Shown here piece after piece: positions 31,479 through 41,861 of a stretch of DNA of 53,721 nucleotides. The translations under genes were made by a program, and so were the position numbers. This stretch comes from Microcystaceae cyanobacterium. Its GTDB lineage: Bacteria; Cyanobacteriota; Cyanobacteriia; Cyanobacteriales; Microcystaceae. The DNA lies in NCBI GenBank assembly GCA_041746575.1, contig JBGTGT010000083.1:1-53721 (forward strand). The letters are read 5' to 3'. The notes under the pieces are model-generated. The model had not been told where the DNA came from, searched no databases, and saw only the letters and a list, made by a program, of their open reading frames with translations. How positions within the stretch are numbered: position 1 is the stretch's first letter; the number at the start of each line of letters is the position of its first letter.

Positions 31479-32597
31479 TTAAAGTTCCTCAATAAGTTGA
31501 TCAATTTTCTGTATAACTTCCGAGTCATTCTGTTGCTGATAGAGGGTTTTGGCTTTCTCAAAAGCAGGTTTTGCTTCCCTTTTTCTTCCTCTTCCTTGAT
31601 AAGCTAATCCTAAATAATAATAAGCTTGGGCATTATTGCCATCGCGATCAATAATATCTTTCGCTTCAACAATTGTCCCTAAATAATCTTTCTGGGCAAA
31701 GGACATTCGCATCATCCCTAAATGGGCTTCTAAGGAATTGCGATCGCTATAAGTAACTCGACGATAAGCATCTAATGCCTCAGAATAATTCTCTTTTTGC
31801 TCTAAAATTGTGGCAATTTTTAACTGAATAATCGTATTGCGAGGATCTAAACGTTCAGCATCTTGTAGATATTTTAACCCTGATTGAAAGTCTTGTTTAT
31901 CTAAATACAGACGGGCTAATAGTAACTTTAATTCTCCACTCTGAGGAAACTTGCTTAAGGCATCTTCAATAAATTGCATCGCTTCTTCGTTTTGTTGTTG
32001 CTGTACTAAAGAAGCCCCCATAATCTCATAAGCTTGTTGATTTTGAGGATCTAGGGCAATAACTCGCTGATAAGCTTCTAATGCTCCTGTGTAGTTTTTC
32101 TGGCGCAATAAGACAACCCCTAAGCCAATATAGTTTTGAATATTGCGAGGTTCTAGCTGAATAGCGTAGTAATAAGCGGCGGCGGCATTGTTATTATCTC
32201 CACTGTTCGCCAAACTATACCCTAAAGCATAATAAAATCTAGCGTTATTAGGATCTAAAGCGAGAGCTTTTTGATAAGCTTTCGTTGCTTCCTGATATTC
32301 GCCCATTTGAGCGTACAAATAACCAATACCAGAGAAAATTTTGGCATTGTCGGGGTCAAGTTGAGCGGCCTGTTGATAAATGGCGATCGCTTCTTGATAA
32401 TATCCGCCATCCACATAGTCTCTTCCCTGTTGTAGTAAGTGACGCAGTTGATCTTGAGCGGTTGCTTGACTCGGAAATGAGGAGGGGTAGCTCTCTTGTG
32501 CTTGAGCAAGTATAGGATCATAGAGACAACCTAAGAGCAAATTAAGCGATAAAAAGACGGCAGAAGCAAAACAGGGAGACTTTATCATTATGGACAT
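31479..32597 (-). CDS. Exported tetratricopeptide repeat protein
   Basis: Signal peptide; repeated A...Y..A..LDP.N TPR units. Confidence 0.9.
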   Translation of the reverse strand: MSIMIKSPCFASAVFLSLNLLLGCLYDPILAQAQESYPSSFPSQATAQDQLRHLLQQGRDYVDGGYYQEAIAIYQQAAQLDPDNAKIFSGIGYLYAQMGEYQEATKAYQKALALDPNNARFYYALGYSLANSGDNNNAAAAYYYAIQLEPRNIQNYIGLGVVLLRQKNYTGALEAYQRVIALDPQNQQAYEIMGASLVQQQQNEEAMQFIEDALSKFPQSGELKLLLARLYLDKQDFQSGLKYLQDAERLDPRNTIIQLKIATILEQKENYSEALDAYRRVTYSDRNSLEAHLGMMRMSFAQKDYLGTIVEAKDIIDRDGNNAQAYYYLGLAYQGRGRKREAKPAFEKAKTLYQQQNDSEVIQKIDQLIEEL

Positions 32598-32647
32598 GAC
32601 TACGAATGTTTTTAACTTCCCTATTTTAAGGCTGACCCTGAAAAATT

Positions 32648-32673
32648 GGGTATCCTTCTGCTGAAGAATACCC
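32648..32673 (-). terminator. Hairpin downstream of gifA
   Basis: GGGTATCCTTC-TGCT-GAAGAATACCC, with a T-rich tract following on the minus strand. Confidence 0.5.
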
Positions 32674-32699
32674 TTGAAATGATCCCTTAAAACGTGAAT

Positions 32700-32897
32700 T
32701 TAACTTAAGGAAGCATTACTACGATCATAACTATTACGAAAACTGGACTGAGGTTTTCCCTGAATACTTGTCCAATAGTCTTTATCAACATCTACACCAA
32801 TTTCGGCGGCAGCTCTTCCTAATAAGGATTGTTGACGGTTTTTGACGGTATGGTGATGACGGTTCATTAAGGCGCGTGCTTGTTGTTCTGTGGACAT
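32700..32897 (-). CDS. gifA: Glutamine synthetase inactivating factor IF7
   Basis: MSTEQQARALM.RHH..KNRQQSLL.RAAAEIG...QGKPQSSFR.SYDRSNASLS matches IF7 as I recall it; GGAGG RBS. Confidence 0.92.
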   Translation of the reverse strand: MSTEQQARALMNRHHHTVKNRQQSLLGRAAAEIGVDVDKDYWTSIQGKPQSSFRNSYDRSNASLS

Positions 32898-32978
32898 GGT
32901 GGTTTCCTCCGATTGCCGAAAATTGATTGCTTAATTAGGGTTAAATCATCCTCTAATAGTATTTATAACATAAATTTC

Positions 32979-32994
32979 TGTAACATTTTATACA
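32979..32994 (-). promoter_or_regulatory. NtcA-binding site at a repressor position in the gifA promoter
   Basis: TGTA-ACATTTTA-TACA (GTA-N8-TAC); minus-strand extended -10 TGTTATAAA at about 32970-32962 places the box over the -35 region. Confidence 0.85.
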
Positions 32995-33249
32995 AAAATG
33001 CCTTTTAGAAAAGAATCTTAATATTTTTCTTAAGATTCGTCGGCGAGATTGTCATTAAGTGCAATAGGCTGTAAAAAATCAAATTTGACGTAATCTCTTG
33101 AGCAAATTAGGGAATTCTTCGAGACAATGATCTAAATGATCGATATTAAAGGATTCTATGTCCGATTTTAAGGTATTGCTGTAGGTGATGAGTGATTGAC
33201 AATGATGACGATATCCCTTCTCAAGCACTTGATGAGTAAAATTTCTAAT

Positions 33250-35127
33250 TTATCGAAAAATATGAGTCTTTATGGCATTTTCCCACTCTTTTTCCAGATT
33301 TTCCGATTCTTCTAGCCACTCAGGAAAAACAGTTACTAGCGGAGGAAAGATTTTCTTTAATTCTGCGACTAATTGGCAATATTGAATCGGTTTTCGGATA
33401 AATCCTAGGCAGAAAGGTTGAATTGCCTCTTCTTCCTGCTTTGATGCTGAGGCGATTAAAATAATAAGGAATATCAAAAATAGATTCTAAAGCAAGACTA
33501 GCATAGAGAATTTGGTAATATTAATAATGCTGATTAATATTATCTGCTAACTGTACACATTTCTCTTCATTTTCTCTAAGAATATCTTCTACTTGAAGTC
33601 GCTCTAACTCTGAAGCTGCGCGAGACGCAAAAATCTGAAGAACTTCTTGCATCAGTTTGGTATTTTGGAAAGGATAGGGAGACATCACACAAATCAAGCC
33701 TAAAATTGCTTGGCTACTGTCTAAAATAGGAACCCCTATATAACTTTTAATTTACCATTCTTGTAAGTAAAAGTCATAGAGAAATTCTTGAGAAGGGCAA
33801 TGGGTATAAAAACATTGTTTTTCTTCAATAACCTTTTGACATGGCGTATCCACTAAGGGATATTCAACATTCTCCGCAATCTCACCATTGAGACAGAAAG
33901 CTAGACTTTTAATCGTATCAGAATTGATTAACTTTCCCATTAAAACATACTCAACGTTTAAAGCTCTCGCAATATACTGAATCATCAATTCAAAAAAAGC
34001 TTGACATGATTTGACTTGAACGCCAATGGCAATATTTCTAAGGATTTCTTCTATCTGGGAACGTCGGCTGATTTCTTGCTTTAGTTGCTGATTGCTCTGT
34101 TCAATTGAGCGGTTCTTCGTTGCACTCGTTTTTTAATTCTTCATAGGTAGATTGCAAGATTTATTTAGCTTGTTTTCGTTCGGTGATATCCCTAAGAATG
34201 ACTGTTAGAATTAGATCATTATCAACTTCAATTTTAGAAATAGAGGCTTCTGCTTTAAATTCTGTGCCATCTTTCCGTAAGGCTGTAATTTCTCGAAATC
34301 CATTCATTGGATGGATTTGGTCAATATCTTTGACATAATTATTTACATGATGATAATGAATTTTACGCATTGATTCAGGTAATAATATATTTAAGGATTG
34401 TCCCATCAATTCTAAGGGGCTATAACCAAACATTTGACTCGCTCCTTGATTGAACACGGTTATTTCTTGTTGATAATTAATCAATATAATGGCATCTTGG
34501 GCTAATTCCAAGATACTGGCTAGACGTTGTTGGGACTTGTGCAAGGCTTCTTCAGTCTTTTCTCTCTGATAAATCTTTTGTTGCAATTGTTGATCGAGTT
34601 TTAGAAGATAATCAATTTTATTTTTAATGTTTTATAACTCATTAATTTCTTTTTGGGAATTGAGATGAGCAGAATTTAAGCTGAGATGATTCCGATAGTT
34701 TTTACGAGCAGAGATACAGGTAATTGTCAATTTTTCTAGCGTAAGATTTTCAGAGTGAATGACATCATGAATTTCGTATTCTAAGAGAAATTTTAAGGGA
34801 GGTTGAGCTTGATAAGTCAGTAAAAGAATGCTAGTTAGGGTATTTTGTTCTTGAAATAAGGTCAAAAAATCAGCAATTTCTTCGAAACGTAAAATGATAA
34901 TAATCGATCAGAATAATGGCAATTTCTGCGAAACATAATTTAGCATCTAAAAAAGATTGAAAAGATAAAAAAGGCGTTATTTTGAGGGGATGTCCTTGCC
35001 ATGTCAATGAAGCGATTACCCTTCGCAGTAAGAGATTAAGGATTGCATGGGGTGAAATCTGGACAATTTGCCAAGCTAGAGTTGTGATATTAAGCTCAGA
35101 ATCAGAAGGAGGAGAATCGGTATTCAT
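33250..35127 (-). pseudogene. Fragmented multidomain signalling gene (receiver-like, PAS, GAF, C-terminal receiver-like remnant)
   Basis: Collinear fragments 34870..35127, 34632..34865, 34161..34586 (PAS: DAIILIN..FNQGA..FGY..ELMGQ, RKDGTEF, RDITERK), 33752..33988 (GAF: EYPLVDTPC) and 33250..33477 (FIRKPI), broken by stops and frameshifts. Confidence 0.8.
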
Positions 35128-35382
35128 GATCAGAAAAATATTAACGGAATTTCAAGGTCAAAAGCATTTTTAACGTTTTTGAGGGGAGTTCTATTTTTAT
35201 TACTGAAAGATTTCTCTCTGGGAAAATGCCTAACATGTTTTTCTTCAGACAATCTTAATGAAATAACTGAGTATAACGGCTCTAGTAATGCTATTTAAAA
35301 TAAAATTTTGCTACTCAATATTTAACGAAACTTAGTTATAATAATTTTGTTTTATTATGCTCTTTTGAATTGGATCGAGACA

Positions 35383-36021
35383 ATGAGTCTAAAAATTTAC
35401 TTTTTGCGACACGGTGAAACCCCGTCGAGTCAAACGGGAACTTATTGCGGTCGTCTCGATAGCGATTTGACCCCAGAAGGGTATCAAATGGCAGAAGATT
35501 TTGCAAAAGTTTATGAAAACCTGCCTTGGACTGCTATTTACGTTAGTCCTCTTAAACGGACGCTAGAATCCGCAAAGCCGATTTGTAAACTTTCGGAAAT
35601 TGAACCCCAATTAAGAGACGGTCTGAAGGAGATAGCTTACGGAAAATGGGAAGGGAAAACGCCAACAGAAGTCAATCAGCAATTTCGGGATGAATATGTA
35701 CGATGGCTAGCTGATCCGGGGTGGAATGCACCTACAGGCGGAGAGAAGGGGATTGATATTGCACGGCGCAGTGGAAAGGTGTTAGAAGAAATTGAACAAA
35801 CTTACTTCGATGGCCATGTGTTAATTATTTCCCATAAATCCACCATCAGGATTATGTTATGCTCTTTGTTGGGTATTGATGTCGGACGATTCCGAGATCG
35901 CATTGGGATGCCCGTTGCTTCTTTAACGATTGTCGAAATGGCTGAACATGGACCTTTAGTTCATGTTATGGGCGATCGCTCCCACTTGAGCAGTAAGTTA
36001 AGACAACGTAAGGGAACTTAA
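35383..36021 (+). CDS. Histidine phosphatase (phosphoglycerate mutase family)
   Basis: LRHGET, SPLKRT, LKEIAYGKWEG, LIISH. Confidence 0.9.
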   Translation: MSLKIYFLRHGETPSSQTGTYCGRLDSDLTPEGYQMAEDFAKVYENLPWTAIYVSPLKRTLESAKPICKLSEIEPQLRDGLKEIAYGKWEGKTPTEVNQQFRDEYVRWLADPGWNAPTGGEKGIDIARRSGKVLEEIEQTYFDGHVLIISHKSTIRIMLCSLLGIDVGRFRDRIGMPVASLTIVEMAEHGPLVHVMGDRSHLSSKLRQRKGT

Positions 36022-36054
36022 GTTTTTTGAACATTGAATCGTCGTCCAAAATTA

Positions 36055-36648
36055 GGCGTTGCTCAATAGACAGTGGTTTAAGCAATTGTAGGTATTGTAT
36101 TAAATCTTAAGTAGTACATCAATAATCGGATTGAATACCATAACATTTTTAGCGATTTCGAGTAACATAGAGTATCTTGATGTAAGCCTTAATCTTGTAT
36201 TTTCTCCTTCTACTCTTGTTAATTTCGTCTTAGGCAAAACTGCCTGTTTTTCTGGCTCAATATAATTAGCATAAACACAATAACCATCAGTTAAATACCT
36301 TTGGCTGTCCCATTTTTTTACTCTTTCCCAGAGTTTTTCAAAAGTCTTTCCACTACGGTCTCCTATCTGTATTGCTAAGACTCCAGAGCGATAATGATTG
36401 ATAGCTGTCCCAAGCCAAACTTTCGCGCGAAATCCCATGCCATTCAAATACATGTTTAAGAAAATCTCCTTGACTTGGGGATGATAACCTCTCTGTTAAT
36501 AAGAGTCTCGGAAAATACGCCTGCAATCTTTACATTTCCATCGTTGTTTACCCTCTTGATGACCATCTTTACGAACATTAGAAGAGTTACACTGTGGACA
36601 TTTCATGTCGTTCAACTTTAACAAAACCACTGCAAAATCAGCAACGTC
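36055..36648 (-). mobile_element. IS1-family element remnant (internally deleted, nonsense mutation)
   Basis: Imperfect TIRs GACGTTGCTGATTTTGCAGTGGTTT / GGCGTTGCTCAATAGACAGTGGTTT; InsA zinc ribbon MKCPQC...CKDC, MYLNGMGFRA, InsB TDGYCVY and TRVEGENTRLR; near-identical to 53191-53721. Confidence 0.88.
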
Positions 36649-37557
36649 CTAAAAAGACGATGGGGATTGACAAGAAGAGAAAGTGCTAAGTTGCAATACC
36701 ATACTATCAATCGCACTCACAATAGAATCTCCGGATTGGTAAGGATTATTAGCCAAAATACTGAATAATAACAAACCGTGTTGAGGATGGTGAATATAAC
36801 CTGATAACGCCCTCACACCCCTTAATGTTCCTGTTTTAGCATTTACCGTCCCTTCAGCAGGGGTACGCTTCATCCGATTGATTAATGTGCCACTATAACC
36901 CGCCACAGGTAAAGAAGAATAAAATAAATCTCTCTTGGGACTATAATACATTGCCCGCAACAGTTGAACAATGACTTTAGGGGTTGCCGCATTACTGCGA
37001 GAAAGTCCTGAGCCATCCGCTAAACGATAACTATTAGGACTAATCCCAATCTGGGCGAGAGCAGTCTTAGCCGCACTTGCGCCGCCAATATATTTGAGTA
37101 ACGTTTCTGCGTACCAATTATTACTTCTTTGATTGGTCACATTAATCCATTCTCTAACGGATTTCGACTTAATCAAGCCATTTGGGTCTAATCTTTGCAA
37201 GGCCGCCGCCGTCGTGAATAATTTCGTATTAGAGGCTGGAATAAAGTATTTATTGGCGTTATGACTATAAATCACTTCGCCCGTTTCCAACGATTCCACC
37301 AAAACGCCCCAATTATTGGGGTATTTGCCCATAATAGAAGCCACTGAAGGGGTGAGAAACGCTTGACATAAGCCCTGCTTCTCATTTTCAGGCAGAGGAA
37401 CTTCAATTTCAATAGACTCACGACCTTGAAAGTAATCAATTGTCGCTAGAGAGGTGGTATCTTCGTTGGCGAGTGCGGGAGTTGTCCAGAGAACACTAGC
37501 AGTGGTTAAAGCGACTAGCGGACTGAACCAAGTATCTATGCGATTCATAAGATTCAA
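36649..37557 (-). CDS. dacB: D-alanyl-D-alanine carboxypeptidase/endopeptidase (S13, short PBP4-like)
   Basis: PASNTKL (SxxK), SNN, DGSGLSR, AKTGTL; signal peptide. Confidence 0.85.
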   Translation of the reverse strand: MNLMNRIDTWFSPLVALTTASVLWTTPALANEDTTSLATIDYFQGRESIEIEVPLPENEKQGLCQAFLTPSVASIMGKYPNNWGVLVESLETGEVIYSHNANKYFIPASNTKLFTTAAALQRLDPNGLIKSKSVREWINVTNQRSNNWYAETLLKYIGGASAAKTALAQIGISPNSYRLADGSGLSRSNAATPKVIVQLLRAMYYSPKRDLFYSSLPVAGYSGTLINRMKRTPAEGTVNAKTGTLRGVRALSGYIHHPQHGLLLFSILANNPYQSGDSIVSAIDSMVLQLSTFSSCQSPSSF

Positions 37558-37708
37558 ATGTACCGTTCTAACTACCTCACTAAACTTCTAAATTTTACCA
37601 GTGATTGAAAAAATAGCAAGGTTTATTTGATAGATAGGCTATCGGCCTCAACTTGTTCCCGCTTTTCTCTCTCAATCGAGGTGGCAATGATTAAAGTACA
37701 ATGGGACA

Positions 37709-38626
37709 ATGGTGTCCCTATCTAGATCAACCATGAATCAAACTTCTCTTTTCTACGACTGGCAAGGATTTCGCTGTGCTTATCGGGTGTCTCATCCAAC
37801 GCCAAGCGATGATTCTAGGGCATTCGTCTTAGTCCATCCGATTGGAGTAGGGCTATCCGGCAAATTTTGGCAACGTTTCAGGCAAATTGGTCTAGAAAAA
37901 GGACTCAATCACCCCATTTATACTCCTGACTTATTGGGATGTGGTGACAGTGCCATGCCTTCATTGGCTTATTATCCTGAAGATTGGGCAGAACAATTAA
38001 GATATTTCATAGCTGAAGTTGTGCAGAAACCTGTAATTTTAGTTGTTCAAGGGGCTTTATTGCCTGTTGCCATTAAATTGAATCAAATTTCGCCTGATTC
38101 TTTTGATTTTTTAATTCTATCGGGGCCTCCCTCGTGGCAACTTATCACAACAGCAACCAATAAAACAAAGCAAAAATGGTTATGGAATCTCTTTTTCGAC
38201 TCTCCCGTTGGTATCGGTAATTTATTTTATCGTTATGCTCGTCGGCGTGAATTTTTACGCTCATTTTCTGTCCGCCGTTTATTTGCCGAAGAACAAGATG
38301 TAGATGCTCAATGGTTAGATACCCTAGAAAGTGGAGCAACGGATTTACAAAGTCGCTATGCTGTCTTTTCGTTCTTAGCCGGATTTTGGCGAGAAAACTA
38401 TGAAACGGCGATTAAACAAATCAAACAGCCTACTTTAGTTTTATTTGGTAATGAAGCCTCCAGTATTGGGAAAGAAGGCAAAACGGCCTCCCCTCAACAA
38501 CGTTTAGACGCTTATTTGAAATTTCTACCCAACGGTAGAGGGCAATTAATCTCCGGTCGCAATGTTCTGCCCTACGAGTCACCCAAGGCTTTTGTCAAAG
38601 CCGTTGAGGAATTTGTCAGCCGTTAA
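37709..38626 (+). CDS. Alpha/beta hydrolase fold protein
   Basis: VLVHPIGVG, PDLLGCGDS, QPTLVLFG, GRNVLPYE. Confidence 0.8.
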   Translation: MVSLSRSTMNQTSLFYDWQGFRCAYRVSHPTPSDDSRAFVLVHPIGVGLSGKFWQRFRQIGLEKGLNHPIYTPDLLGCGDSAMPSLAYYPEDWAEQLRYFIAEVVQKPVILVVQGALLPVAIKLNQISPDSFDFLILSGPPSWQLITTATNKTKQKWLWNLFFDSPVGIGNLFYRYARRREFLRSFSVRRLFAEEQDVDAQWLDTLESGATDLQSRYAVFSFLAGFWRENYETAIKQIKQPTLVLFGNEASSIGKEGKTASPQQRLDAYLKFLPNGRGQLISGRNVLPYESPKAFVKAVEEFVSR

Positions 38627-38636
38627 GCGTGGCAGT

Positions 38637-38891
38637 TTATAAATTTTCTTTAAATTCTTCGAGAGTAATATTGGCTTGTCTAAGAATATTTTTCAAGGTT
38701 TTGGGATTTAATTCTTGACGATGTGGGACGGGAAAGGATATCTTGTCTTTTTTTAGAATAATATGCGCCCCAGTTTGTCGAACTTTACTAAATCCGAGAC
38801 GATTTAACGCTTTAATGGCTCGTTGACTAGATATATTTGTTAAACAGGAAGTAATAATGGCTTGATGCTGATTATCTTCGGATTGTTCCAT
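38637..38891 (-). CDS. HicA-family mRNA interferase domain, in frame with the upstream ORF
   Basis: AIKALNRLGFSKVRQTGAHIILKK...VPHRQEL.PKTLKNILRQA.IT.EEF, the typical HicA pattern. Confidence 0.8.
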   Translation of the reverse strand: MEQSEDNQHQAIITSCLTNISSQRAIKALNRLGFSKVRQTGAHIILKKDKISFPVPHRQELNPKTLKNILRQANITLEEFKENL

Positions 38892-38897
38892 ATCTTC

Positions 38898-39755
38898 TTA
38901 TAAAATTATTATTTGTTGGATGAAGTTTTCTTTTTCTTCAGTTAATTGCTTATTAAGGTATTCTAAGTGTTTATTTTTATGTTCAAGTTCTCCATTAAGT
39001 TGTTGTAATTGTTGATTATTTTCCTCAAACTCATAAGCCTGTTGCCAAGCATAATTCTTTTCTTGTTGCGCTTGCTGAATGGCAATTTTTAATTCTTGAT
39101 TAGAATCTTTAACATTAGATAATTGATTAATTCTCGCTTGGAAATTGATATTTTTTGTTTGTAATGATTGGATATTAGCATTCAGCGTTTGAATTTTTTG
39201 TTGAGCTTTTTGACTATTAACTTGAGATTCTTTTAATTTGACGTTAGTGTCTTCTAATTCTTTTTTAATAATTTCTTGCTGTTCTAAATTTCGACTTAAT
39301 TCGGTATAATCGTCTAACTGTAATTCATAGTGAGAAATCTGTGACTGAAACTGTTGAATCGCTTGGTTTTGATCGAAGATTTCCTGTTCTAGTTCTCTTC
39401 TTTGTCGTTGTTCTTGTTGAATCCGTAGTAAGTTTTGTCGTTTTTGATGCTCTAATTGTTGTTGAAGATAATTTGCTTCTTCCTGTAACTTTTCTTTTTC
39501 TCGTTGTACCCACTGATTCAGTTCACGTTCAGCTTTGATTTTTTTCTTTAATAAGCGACGATAAACGATCGCCGTTTCGTTAACAACCCATAAGGCAAGT
39601 CCAGCCAATAAACTCGCTAAAATCATCGAATTGTAAATTATAAAAACCAAACCAAACCCAAAAGCCAATAGTTCAATAAAGAGAAATCGAGCTAAACTGG
39701 CGATGAACTGCCGAGATGATAAACGGGTTTTGATAAGGCGGGATAAAGGTATCAT
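38898..39755 (-). CDS. Two-TM membrane protein with a long Gln/Glu-rich coiled coil
   Basis: Two N-terminal hydrophobic helices, then about 220 aa of heptad-like Q/E/K/L sequence. Confidence 0.75.
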   Translation of the reverse strand: MIPLSRLIKTRLSSRQFIASLARFLFIELLAFGFGLVFIIYNSMILASLLAGLALWVVNETAIVYRRLLKKKIKAERELNQWVQREKEKLQEEANYLQQQLEHQKRQNLLRIQQEQRQRRELEQEIFDQNQAIQQFQSQISHYELQLDDYTELSRNLEQQEIIKKELEDTNVKLKESQVNSQKAQQKIQTLNANIQSLQTKNINFQARINQLSNVKDSNQELKIAIQQAQQEKNYAWQQAYEFEENNQQLQQLNGELEHKNKHLEYLNKQLTEEKENFIQQIIIL

Positions 39756-39936
39756 AGACTGCTGAAGTTAGTCAATTTAATAGTTAATCTTCTATTGTTT
39801 TGTCCTTTGTAATCCCCTTTATTTTAAGTTTATTACCATCTGTTGACTCCGTCAGTCAAGCGTAATCTGAGAATTCTTTGCAAACTTCTGTTAACTTAAA
39901 TAAAGATAGTCCCTCAGACGCAATCCGATTGACTTT

Positions 39937-41004
39937 ATGGAAAATTCGACAGAAAACCGCAAAGCTGACCATATTAATATTGTTTTACGCGAAAATGTAA
40001 CAGCAAAGGGGATTACAACGGGATTTGAACGATTTTTCTTAGAACATAATGCCTTACCCGATATCGACCTCGATGGGGTTGATTTAAGTTTAACCCTTTG
40101 GCATCGTAAACTTAATGCGCCTCTTCTCATGAGTAGTATGACAGGAGGAACCGATATGGCTTTGATAATTAACCTAAATTTGGCCGAAATTGCTCAAAAA
40201 TTAGGGGTAGCGATGGGAGTCGGTTCGCAACGTGCGGCTATCGAACAAGATGACTTATCGGCAACCTATCAAGTGCGAAAAGTTGCGCCGGATATTTTGC
40301 TATTTGCCAATTTAGGCGCAGTTCAGCTAAATTATGGTTATGGTGTAGAACAGGCAAGGCGAGCCGTTGATATGATTGAAGCAGATGCCCTTATCCTTCA
40401 TCTCAATCCCTTACAGGAAGCTGTGCAACCCGAAGGCGATCGCCACTGGGATCAACTCTCGTTTAAAATCGAAAAACTGGTCAATCAGTTGTCTGTGCCA
40501 ATTATTGCTAAAGAAGTGGGAAATGGCATTAGTGGTGCCGTAGCTCGTCGTTTAGCAGACTGTGGCGTGGCCGCTATTGATATTGCAGGAGCAGGGGGGA
40601 CAAGTTGGAGTGAGGTGGAAGCCTATCGTCAAAAAAATCCCTATTATCGGCGTCTTGCCCATTGTTTTGCTAGTTGGGGCATTCCTACTGCCGTTTCCTT
40701 ACAAGAAGTCCGTCAAGCTGTCCCAGAATTGCCTGTTTTTGCCAGTGGAGGGATTCGGACAGGGATTGATACAGCCAAAGCGTTGGTTTTGGGCGCAACC
40801 TTAGTCGGGTGTGCCGCCCCTCTTTTAGACGTAGCAACGCAAGAAGCAGAAAAAGTTTACGAAAAGTTTAGTCTTATGTTAGAAGAACTAAAAATTGCGG
40901 CATTTTGTACGGGTTCAGCCAATTTGACCCAACTGAAGCAAGTCAATCTGCGTTATGTTGATACCGGAGACAAGGTTAAACCCATCGTGATGAAAAATGG
41001 ATAA
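39937..41004 (+). CDS. fni: Type 2 isopentenyl-diphosphate delta-isomerase
   Basis: [48 protein letters not shown]. Confidence 0.95.
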   Translation: MENSTENRKADHINIVLRENVTAKGITTGFERFFLEHNALPDIDLDGVDLSLTLWHRKLNAPLLMSSMTGGTDMALIINLNLAEIAQKLGVAMGVGSQRAAIEQDDLSATYQVRKVAPDILLFANLGAVQLNYGYGVEQARRAVDMIEADALILHLNPLQEAVQPEGDRHWDQLSFKIEKLVNQLSVPIIAKEVGNGISGAVARRLADCGVAAIDIAGAGGTSWSEVEAYRQKNPYYRRLAHCFASWGIPTAVSLQEVRQAVPELPVFASGGIRTGIDTAKALVLGATLVGCAAPLLDVATQEAEKVYEKFSLMLEELKIAAFCTGSANLTQLKQVNLRYVDTGDKVKPIVMKNG

Positions 41005-41103
41005 GCCATACCGGATTCGTTGCTATTTCCCTTGAAAATCAAAAGTCAAATTGACCCTAAATTAGGGTAAAATCCTAGAATCTTGTTGAGAGTCGTAATT
41101 AGC

Positions 41104-41418
41104 GTGAAATATTTCTTCTTATCAGAGGGATGGACGCACAAACGGGTGTGGGAGTTTGGCGGATTGTGGAATATTGCCGTGTGGCAACGAAAACCCCATA
41201 TTCAGCGTCTTGATTTGGGAATTGTCGAAAAAGGCGAAATTCTCTGGTTATATGAAGTTGAGGATGCCGTATTAATGGTGGAAGTGGGGCCGATTGATTG
41301 TCATAAAATGACACAACCTTTGGGACAAGTGGTATTACGACGATTAATCACTGCTGAACAGGTTTTAGACCGTTTACGCATCGCTGACAAGTTAATTCGG
41401 AAAGAGAGCAAAATCTAA
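41104..41418 (+). CDS. Conserved hypothetical cyanobacterial protein
   Basis: GTG start KYFFLSEGW..RVWEFGGLW, LWLYEVEDAVLMVEV, GQVVLRRLI. Confidence 0.6.
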   Translation: MKYFFLSEGWTHKRVWEFGGLWNIAVWQRKPHIQRLDLGIVEKGEILWLYEVEDAVLMVEVGPIDCHKMTQPLGQVVLRRLITAEQVLDRLRIADKLIRKESKI

Positions 41419-41522
41419 GGAGACAGAAGAATAAGATGCGATTTTGATGCTATTTGACAGAATGTTGACAGAAGTCCCTACCTAAAATCTCCTTAGGTAA
41501 AAATACACCAGATTTAGGGAGT

Positions 41523-41828
41523 TCACAGCTTAAGTTTCTGAGAATTGTACCAAATCCACCCTGCCGCCGCACATAAGGTAAAATTGCCAACAACCGTCAT
41601 GGCGGCTTGTAAGGTGACTAACCATTCTAAGGATTCCAGATTATCAAAGAAGTGCCAAGTACAGGCACACATAGCACTGACTAAGGCCGGTAACATCGCG
41701 AATGATAACCATCCCCAACTGCGATCACCAGTTACCTCTGCGTATCTCCAAATAAACCACATTGCCGCCGTCCATTCGATGACGCTCGATATATGAATTA
41801 TCCAAGTCGGTATTGATAGTACATTCAT
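41523..41828 (-). CDS. ycf49: Ycf49/DUF2499 membrane protein
   Basis: LSIPTWIIHISSVIEW, MLPALVSAMCACTWHFFDN, LVTLQAAMT. Confidence 0.8.
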   Translation of the reverse strand: MNVLSIPTWIIHISSVIEWTAAMWFIWRYAEVTGDRSWGWLSFAMLPALVSAMCACTWHFFDNLESLEWLVTLQAAMTVVGNFTLCAAAGWIWYNSQKLKL

Positions 41829-41861
41829 GAGATTTAAGTAAAGTCGGTTGACAGAACAAGA

